DNA of 64,000 nucleotides from assembly GCA_048885925.1 (NCBI GenBank), contig JBHLLG010000001.1, positions 291,105 through 355,104 on the forward strand, written 5' to 3'. A program made the translations under genes and the position numbers. This stretch comes from Candidatus Hermodarchaeota archaeon. GTDB taxonomy: Archaea > Asgardarchaeota > Lokiarchaeia > Sigyniarchaeales > SOKP01. Under the pieces are notes generated by a model. The model was not told the DNA's origin, ran no database searches, and saw only the letters and a program-made list of their open reading frames with translations. Shown here piece after piece: positions 1 through 10,697 of the stretch (position 1 is the stretch's first letter; each line of letters opens with the position of its first letter).

Positions 1-225
1 ATTAAAAGAAAAATAAAAGATAGCTACTGTGACGGTAGAAGAATATAAAAATCGTAGTTCACTAGAAGAATTTAATAAGAAAGGACCAAACCATAATATT
101 CTTTTGTTTTAAAACCGGGGATGGAATGCCCCAATCTCTTTTTTTAAAGTAATATCATGAGAGAAAAATCATAAGAAATGTTAAAATGAAGGATTATTCA
201 ATATTATACTAGAGGTAAATATAAA

Positions 226-2712
226 ATGATGGAATCACTTACTTTTGAACCACGTGAAATTGTTAAACAACCTTCTACGGAAAGAATTCGACTATTACGT
301 GATAAATATTTATCGGAACCTTTGATGATCGACCCTGAGTATATTTATCGGTATATGGATGCTCATCGTAAAACTGATGGAATGAATGTTCTAGAAAGAA
401 GGGCTGAATGTCATGCTTATGCTTTGGAGAATATAACATCATTTATAAGAGATAATGAACTTATTGTTGGAAGTAAAACTAGATTCGTTCGTGGGGCTAT
501 TCCTTATTGTAATTATGCTTCTAATTATATTCTAAGAGTTTTTGAAAAGGAGCAACAAGAAGCTCAAGATAGTGTGACAGATTTAGGAGAAGGAGGTGGG
601 ATTGCTAAAGGAAGGGAACTTGCTCAATCAGGAGACTTTGAGATTTTTTCTCACAAATTTCTAATATCAAAAAGTGATAAAAAGAAGCTGAAAGAATGTG
701 CAGAATATTTTAGAGGTAAAAACATGCAAGATGTGGGTGATGCTTTATGGAAGACGACTTTTTCCGAAGCAGATTATATAGAAAAAGGTTGGGAAGCAGT
801 TTTATACTCAGCCCCCCATGATCCTGCTCCTGAAGGAAGATACGTTCTTGATTTCGAAACAGCATTGAATGAAGGTTTTTTAAAAATTATTGATAGAATG
901 AAAAATAATATCTTAAAAACACGAATAACTGACTTTAAATCAGCAGAAAAAGTATACTTTTGGAAAGCTGGAATAAGAGTACTAGAGGCAACAATTAATT
1001 GGGCTAATAATTATGCTAAAGAAGCAGAAAGATTAGCACAAATAGAAATGGATCCAAAAAGAAAACAAGAATTACTATTAATCGCTAATCATTGTAAATG
1101 GGTACCAAAAAATCCACCAAGAAACTTTAAGGAAGCTATACAAGCTTTTTGGTTTATTTACTTAGCTGGTCATATTGAGGGAGCTCATCTTGGGTATTCA
1201 CCTGGAAGATTCGATAGATATATGTATTCATTCTATAAGAAAGATACTAAAATTACTGATAATGAAGTACTAGAGTTATTAGAAGCATTACGCATAAAAA
1301 TGACAGAAATTGAATATGTGGCTTCCTTCTCATGGGAGGGACTTGGATCAGGAAATTTATTTCAAAATATGATTATTGGTGGGACCGATGAAAATGGAAG
1401 AAGAGGTGATAACGAATTATCGATATTAATTCTGAAAGCAGCTATTAATTGCCAGACTATACAACCAACCTTATCAATATGGTATGATGATTCTCTTAGT
1501 GAGGAATTTCTTTTAAAAGCAGTCGAATGCGTGAAAACTGGATGCGGTTTCCCAGCCTGGTTTAATCTCAAGATCTATATCCAACATGAATTACAAAAAT
1601 CTGGATTACCAGTTCCTGTTATTAGGCAATATGCTGCTATGGGAGGCTGTACCGAACCAACCATGGAAGGGATGAGTTATGGAATCGTTCAAGCAGGATT
1701 TATTAATCATGGGAAATTACTTGAATTAGCAATGTATGGGGGAAAAGATCCACGCACAGGTTTACAATTCACTGAAACAAAGATTCCTCAAAACTATGAA
1801 GAATTAATTAAGACTTATAAGATTCATTTAGAAATAGCTATACAGAATTGGCAATCTTACTGGAATATCGTTATGGCAGCTCATCGACAAACTTGTAACC
1901 TAATTTATTCTTCTGTTTTAATCCGCGATTGTATAGAAAGAGGTTTATCTCTTGATGATGGTGGAGCAATTTGTAATGAAGTACCAACTACTCTTTCCAC
2001 AGGGATGGTAAATGTTGCGAATTCTCTTGCTGCAGTAAAAAAGCTTGTAGAAGATCAAAGACTATATACAATGTTAGAAGTTATGGAATCTTGTAAGATT
2101 AATTTTAAGAACAACGATGATATGAGAAGAAAAACTCTTGATGCTCCTAAATGGGGTAATAATGATGATTATGTTGATGAGATTTTTGTTGATCTTTTTA
2201 ATACCTACTGCGATTTTGTAAAGAATGGGATTAATTATTTAGGTAAACCATATGATCCATCAATGCTAGCAATTAGTACTCATACACCATTTGGGAAAGT
2301 AACTGGAGCAACACCTGATGGTAGACTTGCAGGAGTTTCCTTATGCGATGGAGTAACATCACCATTCCCCGGAACTGATATTAATGGGCCAGTTGCTACA
2401 ATCTTATCAGCAGCGAAAGTTGACCATACCAAAATACGAGGTGGACTTCACAACATGAAATTCCATCCTAGCGCTCTAAAAGGAATTTCAGGTTCAAAAA
2501 AATTAATTTCCTTAATTAAAACATATTTTGATTTCCTTGGTTTTCAATTGCAATTTAATGTGGTTGATACTAAGATGCTAAGGGATGCCCAAAAGAATCC
2601 AGATAAATATCGTGATTTAATTGTTCGAGTCGCTGGATTTAGTGCTTTCTTTGTTGAATTAAGTAAGTCTATTCAAGACCAAGTTATTGAAAGAACTGAA
2701 TTAATGTTTTGA
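226..2712 (+). CDS. Glycyl radical enzyme (PFL2/dehydratase-like), substrate unknown
   Basis: C-terminal glycyl radical motif LIVRVAGFSAFF, Cys loop MGGCTEP, SPGRFDRY, 828 aa; activase immediately downstream. Confidence 0.93.
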   Translation: MMESLTFEPREIVKQPSTERIRLLRDKYLSEPLMIDPEYIYRYMDAHRKTDGMNVLERRAECHAYALENITSFIRDNELIVGSKTRFVRGAIPYCNYASNYILRVFEKEQQEAQDSVTDLGEGGGIAKGRELAQSGDFEIFSHKFLISKSDKKKLKECAEYFRGKNMQDVGDALWKTTFSEADYIEKGWEAVLYSAPHDPAPEGRYVLDFETALNEGFLKIIDRMKNNILKTRITDFKSAEKVYFWKAGIRVLEATINWANNYAKEAERLAQIEMDPKRKQELLLIANHCKWVPKNPPRNFKEAIQAFWFIYLAGHIEGAHLGYSPGRFDRYMYSFYKKDTKITDNEVLELLEALRIKMTEIEYVASFSWEGLGSGNLFQNMIIGGTDENGRRGDNELSILILKAAINCQTIQPTLSIWYDDSLSEEFLLKAVECVKTGCGFPAWFNLKIYIQHELQKSGLPVPVIRQYAAMGGCTEPTMEGMSYGIVQAGFINHGKLLELAMYGGKDPRTGLQFTETKIPQNYEELIKTYKIHLEIAIQNWQSYWNIVMAAHRQTCNLIYSSVLIRDCIERGLSLDDGGAICNEVPTTLSTGMVNVANSLAAVKKLVEDQRLYTMLEVMESCKINFKNNDDMRRKTLDAPKWGNNDDYVDEIFVDLFNTYCDFVKNGINYLGKPYDPSMLAISTHTPFGKVTGATPDGRLAGVSLCDGVTSPFPGTDINGPVATILSAAKVDHTKIRGGLHNMKFHPSALKGISGSKKLISLIKTYFDFLGFQLQFNVVDTKMLRDAQKNPDKYRDLIVRVAGFSAFFVELSKSIQDQVIERTELMF

Positions 2713-3665
2713 TGACGTTGGTGCCAGATTTAACAAATCCAATATCCTTCAAAAATGAACAAACAATAATTTTTAATATACAAGATTATTGTGTGGATGA
2801 TGGACCAGGAATAAGAACAGTTGTCTTTTTTAAGGGTTGTTATCTTCGATGTGCTTGGTGTTCGAACCCAGAAAGTCAATTATTTGAACCAGAAATTGTT
2901 TATTCAGAAATAAAATGCAAAAAATGTAGAAAATGTGAAAAAGCTTGTCCTTATTTTTATATTGATTTTTCCAATTTAGAATTCCCACTTATCAATAGAA
3001 AGAATTGTTCAATTTGTGAATCAAAGATATGTACAAAAGTATGCCCTGAGAATGCTTTAAAAATCTGTGGATACCCTATTACAGTTTTAGAGTTATTTGA
3101 GAGAGTAAAAAAGAATTCATTGTTATTCAGGAATTCAGGAGGTGGGATAACACTTTCGGGTGGTGAACCACTAGCCCATACAGACTTTATTAGGGAATTC
3201 TTAAAGAAGACTATGGCAATAGGGTTTTCTGTTGGGATAGAAACTTGTGGTTATTTTAATTGGGAAAAAGTAGTTGATCTTATACCAAATATTGATTTTT
3301 TCTTTTTTGACTTGAAGATTATGGATTCAGAGTCTCATAAAGCATTAACAGGGGTAAATAATGAAAAGATTCACTTAAATCTTAAAAAATTAAGTCAAAA
3401 TGAACTTAATAAGATTGCTATTACAGTCCCAATTGTTCCAGGAATTAATGATTATTTAGAAAACATTAAAAAGATCATCAATTTATGCACAGAATTAGGA
3501 ATCAAAAAAATTCGGTTTCTTAGATATCATGAATGGGGAAGAGGTAAATATGAAGAATTGGGGCGTCAATATTTATTAAATAAAAAATTGAAACTTCAAG
3601 AAAGTGATCTTAAGACCTTCGAAGTATTAGCTAGAAAAGCTGGTTTACAAGTTACCATTATTTAG
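2709..3665 (+). CDS. Glycyl-radical enzyme activating radical SAM protein with ferredoxin-like insert
   Basis: DGPGIRTVVFFKGCYLRCAWCSNPES, extra Cys clusters, GGITLSGGEPL; true start probably ATG at 2712. Confidence 0.93.
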   Translation: MMTLVPDLTNPISFKNEQTIIFNIQDYCVDDGPGIRTVVFFKGCYLRCAWCSNPESQLFEPEIVYSEIKCKKCRKCEKACPYFYIDFSNLEFPLINRKNCSICESKICTKVCPENALKICGYPITVLELFERVKKNSLLFRNSGGGITLSGGEPLAHTDFIREFLKKTMAIGFSVGIETCGYFNWEKVVDLIPNIDFFFFDLKIMDSESHKALTGVNNEKIHLNLKKLSQNELNKIAITVPIVPGINDYLENIKKIINLCTELGIKKIRFLRYHEWGRGKYEELGRQYLLNKKLKLQESDLKTFEVLARKAGLQVTII

Positions 3666-3874
3666 TATAAAATCATTAAGATCGATTTTGCAAAAAAAAT
3701 CATTCAAATGTAAACATATTTCATGGATTTTAAGTTTGGTCATTAACCTTCTGGTTCTTTGTCTAAATCTATTTATAGTGTAATTCTTGTAGTTCAATAA
3801 AAAGAAATAAGTAAAAATTCGAAATATATACAAAATATAATTTTATTTAAAAAAAAATAAGAATAAAAAAAGAG

Positions 3875-4255
3875 TTAATCTTCTAATAATATTTTTAATC
3901 CTTGTTTATACTGATGGGGAGTAACGCCATGTAATAGTGCTTGATGTATTTTTTTAATGTTCATCTTGTCATTAGAATTTGTTGTAGAAGCAAGTGGCTT
4001 TAACAGGTGGTATAATGAAAATTCAGAATCTTTTATCATTCCGAAGTAGCCTCCATAGGCATGGAATAGATTTGCCATGAATTCAAGGTCTTGCGGTGAA
4101 TTATCTCTATAGCATTTTTCACACACTACACCAAAAGTAAGTCCTTCTTTGTAAATTTTTGCCTCTCTCCCGATATGATTTCGGCATATCCCACATTGTA
4201 CACCACGATTGGTATGGGGATCAAGTGAGTCCAGATGTATTGAATTAAGCTCCAT
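3875..4255 (-). CDS. Small Zn-finger hypothetical protein
   Basis: CGIC...CEKC; C-terminal LLHGVTP. Confidence 0.7.
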   Translation of the reverse strand: MELNSIHLDSLDPHTNRGVQCGICRNHIGREAKIYKEGLTFGVVCEKCYRDNSPQDLEFMANLFHAYGGYFGMIKDSEFSLYHLLKPLASTTNSNDKMNIKKIHQALLHGVTPHQYKQGLKILLED

Positions 4256-4345
4256 AGTATACCTATAGACTGAAGATATTTAAAAAAAAAATGTTTTACA
4301 TACAAAAATCATTAAATTTTGTGTGTTTGGTGTTAGGGAATTATA

Positions 4346-5068
4346 TTAGAGGATATTGATACCTTTCTCATTAATAAGATAATCAAAATTTAACCGAGAA
4401 GAATTGAAGAAGATCCGAAGCTTTTTTTTTTTGGTGTTATAGTTATTACTAAGCTCTATATCTATTGTTTTTATTCTATGATATAATTTATAGAAGAATG
4501 GTCTATTGTATTGATCCTTAGGACTATAGGTTAATTCATGGATCAAGACGAGAACAATTCCTTTTAATTTACAAAATAAAAGGAGGGGCATCAACTGTGT
4601 ATCATAAAAGCTGTTTAGCAATGATGATACATTTGATATATTCGTGTATTGCATTAGCTGAAATCGGAGATGATGAGAGATGTTATCAATAACAATATAT
4701 CGAAGATTGGGAGGAAGAACCGTAGAAGGAGTTAAAATCTTCTCGATTATTGAAGTTTGTTGTTTATAACTCGAAATTGGATCTTTTTTTGGAATCACAT
4801 ATATATTTTGCTGGATATATTGTGATTCTTCACTTTGCTCTTGGAACAATTGTGATAATCGCTTAAAAGGAAATCTCTCACCTGCTTGAATCCAAACACA
4901 AGAATCATGATAGGGTTTTTTATCTACTAAAAAGTTTCCGATAATAAACATTGCAAGTGTGGTTTTACCAGTACCCGACTCTCCCGAAATAGATATAATA
5001 TAATGATGAGTACACAGTTTCTTAATTCCTTGAATAAAATCTACTGCGGAACAGGTATTAATCGTCAT
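4346..5068 (-). CDS. RadB/RecA-superfamily ATPase (RadA paralog without N-terminal domain)
   Basis: Walker A GESGTGKTT, Walker B YIVIDNI, CVWI..GERFPFKRL, 240 aa. Confidence 0.8.
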   Translation of the reverse strand: MTINTCSAVDFIQGIKKLCTHHYIISISGESGTGKTTLAMFIIGNFLVDKKPYHDSCVWIQAGERFPFKRLSQLFQEQSEESQYIQQNIYVIPKKDPISSYKQQTSIIEKILTPSTVLPPNLRYIVIDNISHHLRFQLMQYTNISNVSSLLNSFYDTQLMPLLLFCKLKGIVLVLIHELTYSPKDQYNRPFFYKLYHRIKTIDIELSNNYNTKKKKLRIFFNSSRLNFDYLINEKGINIL

Positions 5069-5402
5069 TTAATAAGCTCTGGATCTCTCTTTTGGTCTTA
5101 TCAATATAGCTTTCCTTTTGATTTTGTTCATGTTCATTATGAGATGGAGTTTTTGAAGCATTATCAGAGGAAAATAACTGCTGGATCATCATGAAGGTAA
5201 TTAAATCATTCATTCGATTATCTTGCTCCGATTGCTTTCCACTTAAAAAGCGAAATATACCACTTGAAGAGCTCGATTTTCGGGACTTAAAAAAAATAAA
5301 CACCCCAACAAATAACGCAATAATAACGACTGCATATACTGGGTTCTGCTGGTAAAAAAGAAAAAACCCTATAATTAATACAATATAACACAATCCTTTC
5401 AT
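5058..5402 (-). CDS. Small two-TM membrane protein
   Basis: Two N-terminal hydrophobic helices; overlaps the next gene in the operon. Confidence 0.7.
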   Translation of the reverse strand: MKGLCYIVLIIGFFLFYQQNPVYAVVIIALFVGVFIFFKSRKSSSSSGIFRFLSGKQSEQDNRMNDLITFMMIQQLFSSDNASKTPSHNEHEQNQKESYIDKTKREIQSLLNDD

Positions 5403-5410
5403 TTTTTATC

Positions 5411-6163
5411 TCACCACTCTCGATGTGGTTTTTTTGGTGTGTAATGACGGCGGGTAAAGCCTTTAAAATGTACTCTTGAAGGTTTTTGATAATTTCGTGA
5501 TGATAATTTATAGATAATACTCTTGATGCCAAAAACACTCCCTTTCAATGCAAAATAAATTCCGGCAATACTAAGATAATAAAATACATCTAAAATGAAT
5601 TGAACTTGGGTAAAGAGGAGAATCCCCCATAAAATCAGCCCTGAGCATATGATTAATAGGATTTGATACATCGAATGAGAGGGATCTAATCGAAAGGCTT
5701 GATCAATACACCGAAAATCTTGCGTAGACGGAGCAGCACCAAGTATTAATGAAATACATAAGAATCCCGCAACAATTCTCAACAATAAAATGTACACAGG
5801 ACTAAGCATAATAAAAAAGAAAAGGAGTATAAGCCATGTGGAAATATATAAAGGAGCTATGCAAATAACAATTGCTTGCAAAAAACTCTCGAGTTTCTCA
5901 GGTTTCACTACTCCATGCGGAGAACGAAACCCATTTTTTTCATTCCTCCATTTTATTGAGATACTTTCTGGCTTGGTTCCGACCGCTACACTCATTACCC
6001 AATGTGAAATTTCATGAACTACCACTCCTACAAATTCTAACCGTAATAGAATTGGATAAAAAGGACCTAATACCCTCTTTCCTTTTAATAGGATGTTCCT
6101 TACTAAAAGTGAAATACATAAGATTATAAAAAAAATAACTAATTCTTCTAGCATGGTATTCAA
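5411..6163 (-). CDS. Membrane zinc metalloprotease-like protein (M50/M50B-like)
   Basis: HExxH (VVVHEISH) within a hydrophobic segment, IAP motif, multiple TMs; GGAGG upstream. Confidence 0.7.
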   Translation of the reverse strand: MNTMLEELVIFFIILCISLLVRNILLKGKRVLGPFYPILLRLEFVGVVVHEISHWVMSVAVGTKPESISIKWRNEKNGFRSPHGVVKPEKLESFLQAIVICIAPLYISTWLILLFFFIMLSPVYILLLRIVAGFLCISLILGAAPSTQDFRCIDQAFRLDPSHSMYQILLIICSGLILWGILLFTQVQFILDVFYYLSIAGIYFALKGSVFGIKSIIYKLSSRNYQKPSRVHFKGFTRRHYTPKKPHREW

Positions 6164-6577
6164 TACTAGCCTCCTAATTTAAAGAAAAAAAAATATTTTT
6201 CCTTTCGATACCATCTATAATTTATCGTTAGAAGCGCTAGGCTCCCCATTCTTGTATTTCTTAAGATCAAAGTTAGTAAAAGGTGTTCGATCACTATAGA
6301 AAAATCATTAGTTTAGGACGCTGTAATAAATTTCTTCTTTAAAAAAGAACCCAAGGCTTCACGGGAATAGTAAAAAAACATAAAATTAATACACTAAATT
6401 CTAAGATATGCTTAGACAAAAGTGTCAAAGGGTCAAATGAAAAAATGAGAAAAAGTTCCCCATTCCCAAAATTGAATTTGATGAGTAGGCGCCCTCTCCT
6501 CATAAATTTAATCACAGAAGATAATATTTAAAAGGCAAACTGGTACCCAAATATTCTTTAGAAAAATAAGAAAAATA

Positions 6578-7822
6578 GTGATCAAAGCAGTGGCAAGTAT
6601 TAAATCATTTCAAGAAAGTGCCCTCTCTCTAGATTCTTCCTTCTTAAAATGTGATATTTGTAGTTCGGAAGATATTCAGGAGGTTCGAGAGGGGTATGTG
6701 TGTTTAAATTGTGCTGTCGTATTAGAAGTTCAAAAATTGCAATATGATAGACCTTATAATGAAGATATAATACAATATGCAAAGGGTGTAGGCAGAACAG
6801 AAATAGGAACAAGGCGAGAAAGAGTAATCTCGCCTATTTCTATTAAATTACGTAGAATAAGTAAATATAATAAATTAATTGATAACGAACTAGCAGTTAA
6901 GGATACGGCGAGGGCTGAAATTGCAAGAATTTTTGGTTGTTTGGACTTAGCAGATTATAATGATGTAAAAACCATGGTTTTAAAGAGATCTTTATCAATT
7001 CGAAGAAATTTTCAATCGGGAACTAAGTATCGGAGTATAGAAAAATTAGTGACGATTGTTACTTATTTATGTTTAAAACTGCGAAGTATCCCTGTAAATC
7101 CATATAAATTATTAGAAAGTTCTAAGATTTCTAAAAAAGAATTTAATGATTTTATCTTACAGGTTCGAAGATATCTACCTGAATATGAAGAGCGAAATAG
7201 ACAGAAATATATAATTCATCGGATTTCAGAAGTATTTGAGCATTTTGGCTTGGGAATGCCATATTTTTACCTAGCAAAGAAAATTCTGTTTAGATTATGG
7301 CATGGAATTAAAAATACTACAGATGATGCGGTATGCGGATTAGTAAGTTCAATTGCATTAATCTGTTCTGACGAGAAAGGTGTTACGGTAAATTCTATCT
7401 GTAATTATCTGGGTATTAGAATGAGCACTGTACAATCACAGGTTAAAAAAAAACTTTTTGATCGTTTCAAAATAGAAGGGTTCGTAAGTTTGATAAGATC
7501 ATCTGATCTTTTGAAAATCCTTATTCGGAAGCTTGGATTGATAGAATGTGAGGCACCAGAAATAGTTATCACTTCTGATAGGATTAAAATTGTAGTTGGA
7601 GCTATAACCAAGATATTTAATGGTCATCATAATATTAATTACTATTTTTTTGCTTTAAGAGGAAATGACCATACTCCTACAGTTATTACTCTTAAAATCA
7701 ATGAATTTATTTTCAAAATCAATAATTCTAAAAACATGAAAGGGAATCGACTTCCCAATTTGCTTGAATTTGAAATATATAAGTATTTTCCCCATAAAGG
7801 GCCACCACTCAAAGTTAAATAG
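6578..7822 (+). CDS. Divergent TFB/TFIIB-like factor with C-terminal extension
   Basis: Zn ribbon CDIC...CLNC followed by two cyclin-like repeats; likely start GTG 6590 after AGTGAT. Confidence 0.75.
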   Translation: MIKAVASIKSFQESALSLDSSFLKCDICSSEDIQEVREGYVCLNCAVVLEVQKLQYDRPYNEDIIQYAKGVGRTEIGTRRERVISPISIKLRRISKYNKLIDNELAVKDTARAEIARIFGCLDLADYNDVKTMVLKRSLSIRRNFQSGTKYRSIEKLVTIVTYLCLKLRSIPVNPYKLLESSKISKKEFNDFILQVRRYLPEYEERNRQKYIIHRISEVFEHFGLGMPYFYLAKKILFRLWHGIKNTTDDAVCGLVSSIALICSDEKGVTVNSICNYLGIRMSTVQSQVKKKLFDRFKIEGFVSLIRSSDLLKILIRKLGLIECEAPEIVITSDRIKIVVGAITKIFNGHHNINYYFFALRGNDHTPTVITLKINEFIFKINNSKNMKGNRLPNLLEFEIYKYFPHKGPPLKVK

Positions 7823-7879
7823 AATGAGATCTTTACCTTTCAAAAGTGTAATAAATATCCTATTTTTTCTTCTTTTTCT

Positions 7880-8563
7880 ATGTTCCTATCTAATTTAGAT
7901 GTAAATTATGATTTTTTCTTTTTATATGACTATAATATTTTATATAGAATGACCGTGTCTTCGGAGTACAACCATGTCAATCCTGCACAATTTCGAAAAG
8001 GAGTGCACCTCATACATAAAATAGTCGATATTCTAGATGAATTTAAGCATAATTATAGTAAAAAGTTAAATTTTTCTAAATTGGCAGAACTTTTAAAGAT
8101 ACCAAAATCTGAAGTTGATGATCTTATTGCACTCCTTCTTAATGTTCAGGAGAAATTTGAAACTACCTTTAAAAATTACCATTTGACAAAAAAACGGGAA
8201 CAGGGGCAGTTATTTTTAGTAGTGGAAGAGAGGATTTCTATTCCACCAGTAAGAATCCCACAAGATATTATCTTATCTCAATCTCATTACAAACTATACA
8301 ATGATATTTTTTATATGTTTAGGTATTTGAATAGAGGGAAAGGATTTGATCTATCCGCTAATGGAACTGAGTTATCAACAAATATAAGACAATTAATCAG
8401 CCATCATCCCTATTTATTTGAGATAAAAGAAAGTGGTCTTATTTATCCCTCTACTTTAGGTATGAAATTAGGTGACCTTATTATCTCCTATAATAAAGGA
8501 AATAGACTAATTGAGCGGCTTGAACTTGATAATCATATAATAATGGTGAAAGAGAATGGGTGA
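7880..8563 (+). CDS. Hypothetical protein with probable HTH
   Basis: LNFSKLAELLKIPKSEV resembles an HTH; likely start ATG 7949; overlaps Hef start. Confidence 0.6.
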   Translation: MFLSNLDVNYDFFFLYDYNILYRMTVSSEYNHVNPAQFRKGVHLIHKIVDILDEFKHNYSKKLNFSKLAELLKIPKSEVDDLIALLLNVQEKFETTFKNYHLTKKREQGQLFLVVEERISIPPVRIPQDIILSQSHYKLYNDIFYMFRYLNRGKGFDLSANGTELSTNIRQLISHHPYLFEIKESGLIYPSTLGMKLGDLIISYNKGNRLIERLELDNHIIMVKENG

Positions 8564-10697
8564 ACTCCAAGAAAAGAATTTTTTTAATAAACAATCATTC
8601 ACTCAACACGGGCTTGAGATACGAGAATATCAGGTGAAAATCGCCCAACAATGTATCGATAAAAATTCATTAGTAGTATTACCCACGGGGCTTGGAAAAA
8701 CCATTATCGCAGTATTAGTATCGAGTGAGATATTAAAAAAATTCCCTCCCGAAAGTAAGATTATTGTCCTTGCTCCAACAAGACCGTTAATCAATCAACA
8801 TTATGATACATTTCTCAAATATCTCAAGATTGCAGAAGATCAATATGCTATTTTGACGGGGAAGACACTTCCTGATAAAAGGCAAGAAATATTTCAAACC
8901 CATCAAATTCTATTTTACACACCTCAGACGTTAAGGAATGATTTGGTTAATAAGAAATATACTCTAAATGATACTGCTTTATTGGTTATCGATGAAGCCC
9001 ATCATGCTTCTGGTGATTATCCCTATCCGATCATCTCTGATATTTATGTAGACCATAATCCTGATGGAATTATTTTGGCATTAACTGCATCTCCAGGATC
9101 TTCTAAGAAAAAGATTGAAACCTTATGTAGTAATTTACATATTCCTCTCGAAAATATTCATATCAGAACAAGAAAAGATGAGGATGTTGCAACCTATATC
9201 AAACCGATGGATATTTATAAGATAGGAGTTGATTTAACTCCTTTAATGGAAGGGGTCTATCATGCCCTTACAATTGTATTGGAAGAACGATTGCATTATC
9301 TTTCTCAACTGAATTTTTTAGAGCAAAAAGGAGAACACTTACATACAAAGATAATTCGAAAAGATTTACTAAAATTAAATACTGAGTTAGTTTCACTTCT
9401 ACAAAGTAATGGTGATAAAACCGGAGTGTATAGTGCTTTATCTATTAACGCCCAAGCCTTGATTGTATATCATATGCTTGAATTGGTAGAACAGCAAGGC
9501 TTAAACATACTATTAGATTATATTGAAAAATTAAAAAAAGAGGCACATAAAAAATCCAGCTCAAAAGCAAACAAGATATTAGCAGCAGATCAAAGACTTC
9601 ACGCTGTCCATATGGAATTACGAAAGAATGCAGAACTCTCTCCTGAAAATCTCATCCATCCAAAATATCCTGTATTAGTCAAAATTATTCAAGAAGAATT
9701 ACGATATAATCCTCAATCGCGAATCTTAGTCTTTATAAAATTACGTGATTCGGTGAAAAATATTGTAAAAAATCTAAAAGAACATGAAATAATAAAAACA
9801 AAACGATTTGTTGGCCAAGCAACTAAAGGACAAGATGATAAAGGATTAACTCAGAAACAGCAAATTGAGATTTTAGACAAGTTTAAGAATGGAACATATA
9901 ATACTTTAGTTGGGACAAATGTAGCAGAAGAGGGACTAGACATAGCGGAGTGCGATCTAGTTATTTTCTATGATGTTGTTGCTTCAGAGATTCGATATAT
10001 TCAGAGAAAAGGGAGAACTGCCCGTCATCGGGAAGGAAAAGTAGTTATCTTATACTGTAAAGGAACAAGGGATGAAATGTATCTTAAAATCGCATTATCT
10101 AAGCTTACTCGAATGAATATTACCTTAAAAAATCCGCAACAATTTAAAGAATCTTGTATTAGAAGCTCACGATCATTCCTAAACTCAGGAGAGATTCCTA
10201 AAGAGCAAAAAATAGAAAAACCGAAGATCAATGTAGAAAAATCCGACCTCTCAAGTTCAAAAAAGCAATATCAATCCAATTTAGAATCTTTTTTAGAAGC
10301 AAAAATTCAAAAAAGTCTAATACAGGTTAGCAAATATTTCCCAATGAAATTTGGAATACTTAAGAAATTACAAGAAATGAATATTAAATATGATATAGTG
10401 AATTCCGACTTACATCTAGTATTGTATAACAAAGTGTTAGTTCAGATATTTACACCTTCCCAAATTATACTTGATGAATTTATCAATACTGCTAAAGATC
10501 TTCAACAAATATCTTCTCTTTTTATCGCTATAGTTGATTTTATAGACTTTAAAGAAGATGTTGAAGGCGCGAAGAAAATTTTCAAATGTAGGTTACAAGA
10601 AATCAGTCAAGAACACCATATACAAATAATCTCAATCGACAATGAAGAAGAACTATTTTTTATTTTAAAAAGTATTATTACAACAACACTGGAGTGA
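8556..10697 (+). CDS. hef: Hef/FANCM-family helicase with degenerate C-terminal nuclease domain
   Basis: IREYQ, LPTGLGKT, DEAHHA, LTASPG, NVAEEGLDI, QRKGRTAR; no recognisable ERK motif of the ERCC4 nuclease. Confidence 0.88.
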   Translation: MGELQEKNFFNKQSFTQHGLEIREYQVKIAQQCIDKNSLVVLPTGLGKTIIAVLVSSEILKKFPPESKIIVLAPTRPLINQHYDTFLKYLKIAEDQYAILTGKTLPDKRQEIFQTHQILFYTPQTLRNDLVNKKYTLNDTALLVIDEAHHASGDYPYPIISDIYVDHNPDGIILALTASPGSSKKKIETLCSNLHIPLENIHIRTRKDEDVATYIKPMDIYKIGVDLTPLMEGVYHALTIVLEERLHYLSQLNFLEQKGEHLHTKIIRKDLLKLNTELVSLLQSNGDKTGVYSALSINAQALIVYHMLELVEQQGLNILLDYIEKLKKEAHKKSSSKANKILAADQRLHAVHMELRKNAELSPENLIHPKYPVLVKIIQEELRYNPQSRILVFIKLRDSVKNIVKNLKEHEIIKTKRFVGQATKGQDDKGLTQKQQIEILDKFKNGTYNTLVGTNVAEEGLDIAECDLVIFYDVVASEIRYIQRKGRTARHREGKVVILYCKGTRDEMYLKIALSKLTRMNITLKNPQQFKESCIRSSRSFLNSGEIPKEQKIEKPKINVEKSDLSSSKKQYQSNLESFLEAKIQKSLIQVSKYFPMKFGILKKLQEMNIKYDIVNSDLHLVLYNKVLVQIFTPSQIILDEFINTAKDLQQISSLFIAIVDFIDFKEDVEGAKKIFKCRLQEISQEHHIQIISIDNEEELFFILKSIITTTLE

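Noticed and set aside
17-146. Short open frame and GGGG/CCCC hairpin plus T-run at the window start
   Set aside because: Too short and lacks upstream context; at most a gene remnant and terminator
6340-6503. 54-codon minus-strand hydrophobic ORF (MRRGRLL...)
   Set aside because: Hydrophobicity is explained by T-richness; no independent support
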